Source: Acutalibacteraceae bacterium (GTDB lineage Bacteria > Bacillota > Clostridia > Oscillospirales > Acutalibacteraceae). Taken from it: a stretch of DNA of 16,393 nucleotides. Made by a program: the position numbers and the translations under genes. The notes under the pieces were generated by a model that saw only the letters and a list, made by a program, of their open reading frames with translations, was not told where the DNA came from and searched no databases. The stretch covers positions 1 through 16,393 of the forward strand of contig JAZUKF010000065.1 in assembly GCA_045643165.1 (NCBI GenBank), given 5' to 3'. This document shows, piece after piece, positions 1-6,811 of the stretch (the stretch's first letter is position 1; every line of letters starts with the position of its first letter).

Positions 1-2
1 CA

Positions 3-494
3 ATGACAAAACCTTTTGCTTTAAAGTATTGTTTGTTTGTTCTTTTAATGAATTTACCCATTGTATTATTCTTTAATTTCATCTTTGCTTCTTCAATAAA
101 ACAAAGTAAAGATATTTTTAAAAAAATTGTTTTTATTTCGAGTATTTGTGTTCCGCTTCTTCTGATACCCAGTTGTATAATGGGTGTGGATTGGAACCGC
201 TGGTTTGCTTCCGTAATCAACTCACAGTTTATTATTATTTTCTACCTTCTTTTCAGAAAAGAAGATGTAATAACCGAAGCATCGAATAAGGTTGTTCGTT
301 TTGTAAAAGGACATTCCGTTTTATTCATTTTTATTTTAATCTTTTTAGCTGTTATCACTAATTCTATGGCTTCGGGAATATTTTTCCATATAATTGACGG
401 AAAAAATCACATGGCATTTTTCAGAAAATATTTAGGAGAATATACAACACCCTTTTCTCAAAATGCAATAGGAACTTACTATTCAATAACGTAA
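3..494 (+). CDS. Hypothetical polytopic integral membrane protein. It may be 5'-truncated by the window edge.
   Basis: Open frame from the first full codon of the window. Strongly hydrophobic with several predicted TM helices (e.g. LFVLLMNLPIVLFFNFIF, VLFIFILIFLAVI). Same strand and close spacing to the downstream membrane gene. No recognisable catalytic motif. Confidence 0.45.
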   Translation: MTKPFALKYCLFVLLMNLPIVLFFNFIFASSIKQSKDIFKKIVFISSICVPLLLIPSCIMGVDWNRWFASVINSQFIIIFYLLFRKEDVITEASNKVVRFVKGHSVLFIFILIFLAVITNSMASGIFFHIIDGKNHMAFFRKYLGEYTTPFSQNAIGTYYSIT

Positions 495-536
495 AATATA
501 TTTTAACAATAAACAAATAAATGGAGTGATAAAAAT

Positions 537-1673
537 ATGGCAAAAGAATCATTAAACGAAAAGATAAATCCGCTGAAAAAATTCTACAAACTTTTTGAAA
601 CGGAAATCGTAGTTTTTATTTTTGTTGTTTTAAGATTTTTCTTTAAAAACATCACAGAGCCGGTAAGGTATTTCAGAACGGGACATATAACCTTCGGAAG
701 TACCGAAAAAAATATTATTATCGGTTTTATTATTGTATTCATAATCAGTTTTATCCTTGCGATAATAACAGGTTCAATGATGAAAAAATATGATGACGAT
801 GAAAGGAAACCTTTAATTCTCGCCATTGCATTTTTCTATGCCTGTCCCGCCTCTTTACCTTACATTTATTCCATCGACTCGGTTGAAGGCTTCAAATTAC
901 TGTTACCTTTCCTGCTTTTTATAACGGCAGTTTTTGTTATTGACATAAAATACGTTAAATGGATAACGCCGATTATATGCTTCGTATTTTTCTATAATGC
1001 GGAAAGTTTCTCCGATTCCACCACCACTTTGTATGAAAGTTTCAACAAATACGGACTTATTTACTTCCCGGCAATATTGATGCTGATTTTAACAGGCTGT
1101 TTCGGTTTTGAAGAAATTAACGATACGGTAAAAAAGAAAAAACAAACTTCAGGAAAAATAAATGTTGAAAATATCGCACTTTTATCATCAAGTGCCGTTG
1201 CGGGAATAGTATCTTTCCTTCTCTTTAACTTAAAGAGTGATACAACTAACCAAGCAGATGCCATTGAATATCTCATGTTCGGACGCACCGTGGGATTTTC
1301 TCTTATCGTCTGCATACCGGCGGTAATTCTTTTAGGCTATATCTGGTATAAATCATTTAAAAACGGTTTTTCGCCTGTTATCCCCGCTTCAATTCTTGTC
1401 ATTACGTTAATCATATTGTTTATTGTTAACGCAAAGAAACAAAATGAAATATTGGTTCCCATGTTTCTCATTTCACAATTTACCGCAATATACGGTTTGT
1501 TGAAGAAAAAAAGCAGTGCTGTATTCAACGCACTTGCGGATGTTGAAGATTTCTTCTCCGATAAAATAGCAATATTACTTATCATTCTTATGGTTATGGC
1601 TTCGTTTTCCAATGTTACATCTGAGTATATTTCTACCTGGTTCCAGCGTTTTATGTCCTATGTTCCGTTTTAA
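537..1673 (+). CDS. Hypothetical polytopic integral membrane protein (about 10 TM segments) of unrecognised family.
   Basis: 378-aa ORF. RBS-like GGAGTGA lies 6-7 nt upstream of the ATG. Multiple long hydrophobic segments, with a lysine-rich loop (KKKKQTSGK) mid-protein. Followed by a hairpin plus T-tract. Confidence 0.55.
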   Translation: MAKESLNEKINPLKKFYKLFETEIVVFIFVVLRFFFKNITEPVRYFRTGHITFGSTEKNIIIGFIIVFIISFILAIITGSMMKKYDDDERKPLILAIAFFYACPASLPYIYSIDSVEGFKLLLPFLLFITAVFVIDIKYVKWITPIICFVFFYNAESFSDSTTTLYESFNKYGLIYFPAILMLILTGCFGFEEINDTVKKKKQTSGKINVENIALLSSSAVAGIVSFLLFNLKSDTTNQADAIEYLMFGRTVGFSLIVCIPAVILLGYIWYKSFKNGFSPVIPASILVITLIILFIVNAKKQNEILVPMFLISQFTAIYGLLKKKSSAVFNALADVEDFFSDKIAILLIILMVMASFSNVTSEYISTWFQRFMSYVPF

Positions 1674-1687
1674 TAAAATCCATAGAT

Positions 1688-1719
1688 AAAGCTGATTTTA
1701 TATCGGCTTTATTTATTTT
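1688..1719 (+). terminator. Putative rho-independent terminator after the membrane-protein gene.
   Basis: AAAGCUGAU / AUCGGCUUU stem (one G-U wobble) with a 5-nt loop, followed by the T-rich tract ATTTATTTT. Confidence 0.4.
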
Positions 1720-1733
1720 CGGTCGGTGAAAAA

Positions 1734-2444
1734 ATGAGTAAAAAGTCAAAATCTTTATCAGCATTAAAAGCTGCATTTCCCCATACAATTCCGATTTTTG
1801 CGGGCTTTTGGTTTCTCGGACTTGCCTACGGTATATATATGAACGTATCAGGGTTCAGTTTTGTTTATCCCATGATAATGAGTGCCGTCGTTTTCGGCGG
1901 TTCACTTGAATTTCTTATGGTAACAATGCTTCTTTCCCCTTTTGCTCCCGTGCAGACTTTTATTATGGCACTTCTTATTCAGGCAAGACATTTATTTTAC
2001 GGAATTTCAATGCTTGATAAGTATAAAAATGCGGGGAAGAAAAAATGGTATCTTATCTTCGGCATGTGTGATGAATCATTCTCCGTAAACTATACCGCAG
2101 ATATTCCGAAAGATGTTGACAAAGAACTGTTCATGTTCTGGGTTACACTGCTCAATCATTTTTATTGGTTTTCCGGTTCAACATTAGGCGGTCTTTTAGG
2201 CTCCTATATCAAATTCAACACTAACGGAATTGAATTTGTAATGACATCCATGTTTGTGGTAATCTTTATGAATCAATGGGAAAAAGAAAAAAATCATTAT
2301 TCGGGGATTATAGGTCTGCTATGCAGTGCTGTTTGTTTAATAATATTCGGTGCTGATAAATTCATAATACCCGCAATGATAAGTATATCATCTCTTCTGT
2401 TTCTTTTCAGAAAACCGATTGAAAGAGAGGGCGGCTTATCATGA
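1734..2444 (+). CDS. azlC: AzlC-family branched-chain amino acid permease/exporter subunit.
   Basis: 236 aa. N-terminal [26 protein letters not shown] and overall hydrophobic profile match the AzlC family. The 4-nt ATGA overlap with a downstream AzlD-like small membrane protein is the canonical azlCD arrangement. Confidence 0.8.
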   Translation: MSKKSKSLSALKAAFPHTIPIFAGFWFLGLAYGIYMNVSGFSFVYPMIMSAVVFGGSLEFLMVTMLLSPFAPVQTFIMALLIQARHLFYGISMLDKYKNAGKKKWYLIFGMCDESFSVNYTADIPKDVDKELFMFWVTLLNHFYWFSGSTLGGLLGSYIKFNTNGIEFVMTSMFVVIFMNQWEKEKNHYSGIIGLLCSAVCLIIFGADKFIIPAMISISSLLFLFRKPIEREGGLS

Positions 2445-2770
2445 CATTAACTCAAAGAATTATCACCATTTCTCTCTGTGTTCTTGCAACGGTACTGACA
2501 AGATTTTTACCCTTTATACTGTTCTCCTCCGAAAAACCCGCACCGGAATTTATCCGTTATTTAGGAAAAGTTTTGCCCTGTGCAATATTCGGTATGCTTG
2601 TTATCTACTGTCTTAAAGATGTTAATGTATTAAGGGGAAATCACGGTATTCCCGAGCTTATCGGAATTGCCGTTACGGCAGGACTTCAGAAATGGCAGAA
2701 AAAAACTCTCCTTTCCATTGCCGGCGGAACGGCAGTTTATATGATTTTGATACAATTTGTTTTCAAATAA
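2441..2770 (+). CDS. azlD: AzlD-family branched-chain amino acid transport protein (small membrane subunit).
   Basis: 109 aa, 3-4 TM helices. Start codon overlaps the azlC stop (ATGA). GAGAGGG RBS lies upstream. Size and topology are typical of AzlD. Confidence 0.75.
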   Translation: MTLTQRIITISLCVLATVLTRFLPFILFSSEKPAPEFIRYLGKVLPCAIFGMLVIYCLKDVNVLRGNHGIPELIGIAVTAGLQKWQKKTLLSIAGGTAVYMILIQFVFK

Positions 2771-2785
2771 TTTCGAGGTGGAAAA

Positions 2786-3349
2786 ATGGAAATCAGAAAG
2801 GCATGTACGGAAGATGCAAAGGATATTCTGAAAATCTATTCTCCCTATGTGGAAAATACGGCAGTATCCTTTGAATATGATGTTCCGTCATTAACAGAAT
2901 TTAAAGCACGTATTAAAAATACATTGGAAAAATATCCTTATTATGTGGCGACTGAGCAGGGCAAAATAATCGGCTATGCTTACGCAGGAGCATACAGAAC
3001 AAGAAAAGCATATCAGCACTGTGCCGAAGCATCAATTTATATTGATGAAAAATATCATTTAAAAGGTGTCGGGAAAAAATTATACGAGAAATTGGAAGAA
3101 ACTCTGAAACTTCAGGGTATCACAACCCTTTATGCATGCATCACGTTTTGCGAGAGAAAAAATGATGAATATTTATCTGACGGAAGTATTCATTTCCACG
3201 AAAAAGCTGGATATAAACTTGTGGGGAAATTCAACGGTTGCGGTTACAAATTCAGCAGATGGTACGGTGTAATCTGGATGGAGAAAAAACTTTCGGATGA
3301 TACTTTCCCGGAAAAATTTATACCATTCAGCCACCTTAATTTGCAATAA
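2786..3349 (+). CDS. GNAT-family N-acetyltransferase, phosphinothricin/methionine-sulfoximine acetyltransferase (PAT/YncA)-like.
   Basis: 187 aa. GAGGTGG RBS. Acetyl-CoA binding motif region HLKGVGKKLYEKL. C-terminal GYKLVGKFNGCGYKFSRWYGVIWMEK resembles the PAT-family 'GYKFGRW' signature. Confidence 0.8.
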   Translation: MEIRKACTEDAKDILKIYSPYVENTAVSFEYDVPSLTEFKARIKNTLEKYPYYVATEQGKIIGYAYAGAYRTRKAYQHCAEASIYIDEKYHLKGVGKKLYEKLEETLKLQGITTLYACITFCERKNDEYLSDGSIHFHEKAGYKLVGKFNGCGYKFSRWYGVIWMEKKLSDDTFPEKFIPFSHLNLQ

Positions 3350-3368
3350 ATAAATCCGGAATAAAGAA

Positions 3369-3397
3369 TTGAAAAATTCAAATATAAATGTTATAAT
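3369..3397 (+). promoter_or_regulatory. Sigma-A (sigma-70) type promoter: TTGAAA, 17-nt spacer, TGTTATAAT (extended -10).
   Basis: -35 TTGAAA at 3369-3374. Extended -10 TGtTATAAT at 3389-3397. 17-nt spacer. Located about 45 nt upstream of the SPFH gene start. Confidence 0.55.
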
Positions 3398-3441
3398 CAA
3401 ATAAAAATAAACTTAAAATTTTTTTGAAAGAAGGAATGGTT

Positions 3442-4746
3442 ATGGGACTTATCAAAGCCGGAGCAGGTGCACTTGGCGGAACATTGGCAGACCAATGGAA
3501 AGAATATTTTTATTGCGATTCACTTGCACCTACCGTTCTTATGACAAAAGGTCATAAAAAAACATCATCACGTTCTTCAAATACAAGAGGAAACGATAAC
3601 ATTATTTCCAACGGAAGTGTAATAGCAGTTGCCGACGGACAATGTATGATTATCGTTGAGCAGGGCAAAATCGTTGAGGTTTGTGCCGAGCCGGGAGAAT
3701 TCACCTACGATACCTCTACCGAACCCAGCATTTTTGCAGGTTCTCTCGGAGAAGGTATCAAAGAAACATTTAAAACAATAGGCAAGCGTTTCACCTTCGG
3801 CGGCGATACCGCAAAGGATCAGCGTGTTTACTATTTCAACACAAAGGAACTTATTGATAATAAATTCGGCACACCTAACCCTGTTCCTTTCAGGGTTGTT
3901 GATGCAAATATCGGACTTGATATTGATGTTTCCCTCCGTGCATCGGGTATTTATTCTTATAAAATAGTAAATCCCCTCCTTTTCTACACTAATGTTTGCG
4001 GAAATGTTGAAGATGAATATACAAGAGATACTATTGATACACAGTTAAAAACTGAATTTATAAGTGCCCTTCAACCTGCTTTCGGGAAACTTTCCGATAT
4101 GGGACTTCGTCCCAATCAAATCATTCAGCATAACAAAGAACTTGAAGATGCAATGAATGAAACCCTTTCCGGTAAATGGGAAAACCTCAGAGGATTAAAG
4201 GTTATCACCGTTTCATTGGGAAGCGTAACACTTCCGGAAGAGGATGCGGAACTTATTAAGAAAGCACAGCAAGCCGCAATTTACCGTGATCCCACCATGG
4301 CGGCGGCAACTCTTACAGGTGCTCAGGCGGACGCAATGAGAGCTGCGGCATCAAACTCAAACGGTGCAATGGCAGGATTTATGGGTATGGGTATGGCAAT
4401 GAATGCCGGAAACGCTATGAATACTCAAAATCTCTATGCAATGGGACAGCAAAATAACGCCCCGTCTCCCAAACAGCAACAGGGTTGGAAATGCAGCTGC
4501 GGAAATATCGCAACAGGTAATTTCTGTACGGAATGCGGTTGTAAAAAACCTGAAAATGACGGCTGGACCTGTTCCTGCGGAACTGTAAATAAAGGTAAAT
4601 TCTGTCAGAATTGCGGTGCAAAAAAGCCGGAAGAAGCCCCGTTATATAAGTGTGATAAATGCGGTTGGGAACCGGAAGATCCCCATCATCCTCCGAAATT
4701 CTGTCCCGAATGCGGAGATACATTTGACGAAAACGATATAAAATAA
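3442..4746 (+). CDS. SPFH/band-7 (stomatin/prohibitin/flotillin) domain protein with a C-terminal triple zinc ribbon. COG4260 'virion core protein'-like; B. subtilis YdjI-like.
   Basis: N-terminus MGLIKAGAGALGGTLADQWKEYF is characteristic of the COG4260 family. Central SPFH-like region. A/M/G/N-rich low-complexity linker. Three tandem CxCG-x7-9-FCxxCG zinc-ribbon units at the C-terminus. ATG at 3442 is preferred (AAGGA RBS 6 nt upstream) over the TTG at 3424. Confidence 0.85.
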   Translation: MGLIKAGAGALGGTLADQWKEYFYCDSLAPTVLMTKGHKKTSSRSSNTRGNDNIISNGSVIAVADGQCMIIVEQGKIVEVCAEPGEFTYDTSTEPSIFAGSLGEGIKETFKTIGKRFTFGGDTAKDQRVYYFNTKELIDNKFGTPNPVPFRVVDANIGLDIDVSLRASGIYSYKIVNPLLFYTNVCGNVEDEYTRDTIDTQLKTEFISALQPAFGKLSDMGLRPNQIIQHNKELEDAMNETLSGKWENLRGLKVITVSLGSVTLPEEDAELIKKAQQAAIYRDPTMAAATLTGAQADAMRAAASNSNGAMAGFMGMGMAMNAGNAMNTQNLYAMGQQNNAPSPKQQQGWKCSCGNIATGNFCTECGCKKPENDGWTCSCGTVNKGKFCQNCGAKKPEEAPLYKCDKCGWEPEDPHHPPKFCPECGDTFDENDIK

Positions 4747-4762
4747 TTTTCAGGAGAATGTC

Positions 4763-5947
4763 ATGAGTACTATTATTGAATATAAATGTCCTGCTTGCGG
4801 AGGAACACTTGAATTTGATGTGGCTCTGCAAAAAATGAAATGTCCCTACTGCGATACGGTAACAGACGTTGAGGATTTAATATCAAAAGATGAAGTGCTG
4901 AATGACGGAAACATTGACGTTAATTCTCTTCCCGAAAATGAATTTTCATGGAAAAGCGAAATCGGTAATTCATGGGAAAAAGAAGAAACGGAAAAAATGT
5001 CTGTTTTCATCTGTAAATCCTGCGGCGGTGAAATTGTAGGAGATGAAAATACAGGTGCAACAGAATGTCCTTACTGCGGAAATCAGGTTGTTTTCAGCGA
5101 ACGGTTCGGCGGCGGATTAAAACCGGATTACGTTATCCCATTTAAACTCACCAGGGAACAGGCAAAAGATAACTATAAAAAGCATATTGAAAAAAAATTC
5201 CTTCTTCCCAAATTATTCAAGCAGGAAAATCATATTGATGAAATCAAAGGTATTTACGTTCCTTTCTGGCTTCATTCTTCAAAAGTAAATGCCTTTGCAA
5301 GATTTGATGCGGAAAAAATACGTACATGGAGCGACTCAAACTATGAATATACCGAGGTTACCACATACGATGTTTTCCGTTCGGGAAAGATGAATTTTAA
5401 CAATATACCCGCCGACGGTTCAAGCAAAATGCCTGACGATTTAATGGAATCCGTGGAGCCCTTCGATTTTTCCGAAGCGGTCCCGTTTCAGTCGGCATAT
5501 CTTGCGGGATATTTTGCGGATAAATATGACGTTGACGAAAAAGAAACGGAAGAACGTGTCAATGAAAGGCTTCGCCAAAGCACAATAGATGTTTTACGTG
5601 ATACCGTTGTGGGATATACAAATGTATCAAATTTCGATCCCGGTATTTTCCGTAAAAAAATGAATAAAATGGATGAAACATCCTACGATGATCCCTTTGC
5701 AAATACAAACACCGAGGGAAGCGGAGTCAGTATGACAGAGGGAAATATCAAGTATGCCCTTTATCCCGTTTACCTCCTTTCCTCCACATACAAGGGTGAA
5801 AAATATACCTTTGCCATGAACGGACAAACAGGAAAATTTGTCGGTAATCTTCCCATGGATAAAACAAAAAGAAATATTACCTTTGCAGGATTGTTTGCGG
5901 GATTAACTGCATTGTCAACGGTTCTGTTATGGCTGTTTTCAAGATAA
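4763..5947 (+). CDS. Double zinc-ribbon, C-terminally membrane-anchored protein (B. subtilis YdjG-like).
   Basis: AGGAGA RBS. CPACGG-x17-CPYC near the N-terminus and a second ribbon CKSCGG-x14-CPYCG. Single C-terminal TM helix FAGLFAGLTALSTVLLWLF. Sits immediately downstream of the SPFH gene. Confidence 0.7.
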   Translation: MSTIIEYKCPACGGTLEFDVALQKMKCPYCDTVTDVEDLISKDEVLNDGNIDVNSLPENEFSWKSEIGNSWEKEETEKMSVFICKSCGGEIVGDENTGATECPYCGNQVVFSERFGGGLKPDYVIPFKLTREQAKDNYKKHIEKKFLLPKLFKQENHIDEIKGIYVPFWLHSSKVNAFARFDAEKIRTWSDSNYEYTEVTTYDVFRSGKMNFNNIPADGSSKMPDDLMESVEPFDFSEAVPFQSAYLAGYFADKYDVDEKETEERVNERLRQSTIDVLRDTVVGYTNVSNFDPGIFRKKMNKMDETSYDDPFANTNTEGSGVSMTEGNIKYALYPVYLLSSTYKGEKYTFAMNGQTGKFVGNLPMDKTKRNITFAGLFAGLTALSTVLLWLFSR

Positions 5948-5959
5948 GGAGGAGTTGAC

Positions 5960-6772
5960 ATGAAAAAGGTTTTATCGGTTTTCTTAATAGTTTTTTCCCT
6001 CCTTATTACGGTAAACATTTTTGCATTTGCACAAAACGGTGATAAACCGCTTTTGATTGACAATGCAAATCTTCTTGATGAAACGGAAAAAGAGTCTCTT
6101 GAAAACAGACTTTCGGAAACTGCCGAAGAAGAAAAATTTGATATTGTTATTCTTACAACCACCACCCTTGACGGAAAAGATGCCGAAACATACGCCGATG
6201 ATTATTATGATTATAACGGTTACGGTTACAGCGACACAAATGACGGCTGTATTTTGCTTGTATGCGTAGGTGAACAGAATAAATATCATATTTCCACCAC
6301 GGGAAAAGTAATTGATTTGATAGACAACGGTGAAATCGACTCTATCGGTGAAATGATAGTTCCCTATCTTTCGGACGGAGAATTTTCAGAGGCTTTCAAC
6401 ACCTTTATTGACGAGGTTACTTTCAGTACCGCAGACAGCGGTGATAAATTCTTTTACGGTCTTCCGACAGACAATGCCGAAAAAAACGTCGGCTTTAACT
6501 TGAAACATCTCGGTATCGGAGCGGTAATCGGATTGATAATTGCGTTTGTCGTTATAAAAATTCTCGAAGGTCAGTTGAAATCCGTTTCTCCTAAAGCTTC
6601 CGCAAACGATTATCTTGAAGAAAACAGTCTTGTTATCACCGGCAGATATGACAGATTTGTGGGCAGACATGTTACAAAAACAAAAATTCAGAAAGAAAGC
6701 AGTTCTTCAGGTTCATCAACTCACACCGGTTCTTCAGGCACAAGCCACGGCGGAGGCGGAGGAAGTTTCTGA
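5960..6772 (+). CDS. TPM-domain (TLP18.3/Psb32/MOLO-1, YgcG-like) membrane protein with a Gly/Ser-rich C-terminal tail (B. subtilis YdjH-like).
   Basis: AAGGAGGAG RBS. N-terminal signal peptide/TM. TPM-domain hallmarks (LLIDNANLL...DIVILTT...DGCILLVCVGEQNKYHISTTG). One TM helix (GIGAVIGLIIAFVVIKIL). Tail SSSSGSSTHTGSSGTSHGGGGGSF is typical of this family. Confidence 0.8.
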   Translation: MKKVLSVFLIVFSLLITVNIFAFAQNGDKPLLIDNANLLDETEKESLENRLSETAEEEKFDIVILTTTTLDGKDAETYADDYYDYNGYGYSDTNDGCILLVCVGEQNKYHISTTGKVIDLIDNGEIDSIGEMIVPYLSDGEFSEAFNTFIDEVTFSTADSGDKFFYGLPTDNAEKNVGFNLKHLGIGAVIGLIIAFVVIKILEGQLKSVSPKASANDYLEENSLVITGRYDRFVGRHVTKTKIQKESSSSGSSTHTGSSGTSHGGGGGSF

Positions 6773-6811
6773 TTTCTTCTGATAATTTCAAATATACGAG
6801 GAGTAATAAAA

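Noticed and set aside
584-1612. Minus-strand ORFs 584..826, 1061..1315 and 1337..1612 (80-91 aa).
   Set aside because: All are fully embedded antisense to the 378-aa membrane-protein gene. They are low-complexity translations of an AT-rich antisense strand with no RBS or homology features. Treated as spurious.
3-1673. Possibility that ORF1 and ORF2 are one gene split by a frameshift or nonsense mutation (pseudogene), since they are in the same frame.
   Set aside because: The 42-nt gap contains three in-frame stop codons, and ORF2 has its own plausible RBS (GGAGTGA) and a hydrophilic N-terminus. This is more consistent with two separate genes, though not provable without homologues.
2419-2874. 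Plus-strand ORFs 2419..2616 and 2692..2874 overlapping azlD and the start of the GNAT gene in other frames.
   Set aside because: They are out-of-frame overlaps with well-supported genes, with no RBS and low-complexity products.
3173-3400. Minus-strand ORF 3173..3400 (75 aa) overlapping the 3' end of the GNAT gene and the promoter region.
   Set aside because: It is antisense to a supported CDS and runs through the sigma-A promoter elements. No independent support.
3424-3441. The TTG at 3424 given as the ORF-track start of the SPFH protein (MKEGMVMGLIK...).
   Set aside because: The ATG at 3442 has a well-spaced AAGGA RBS and yields the family-typical N-terminus MGLIKAG.... The TTG would place the start within the RBS.
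4415-6289. Minus-strand ORFs 4415..4831, 5627..5827, 5770..6165 and 5984..6289 (66-138 aa), and plus-strand ORF 6057..6269.
   Set aside because: All overlap strongly supported + strand genes (SPFH, zinc-ribbon and TPM genes) in alternative frames. Arg/Ser/Phe-rich nonsense-like composition.
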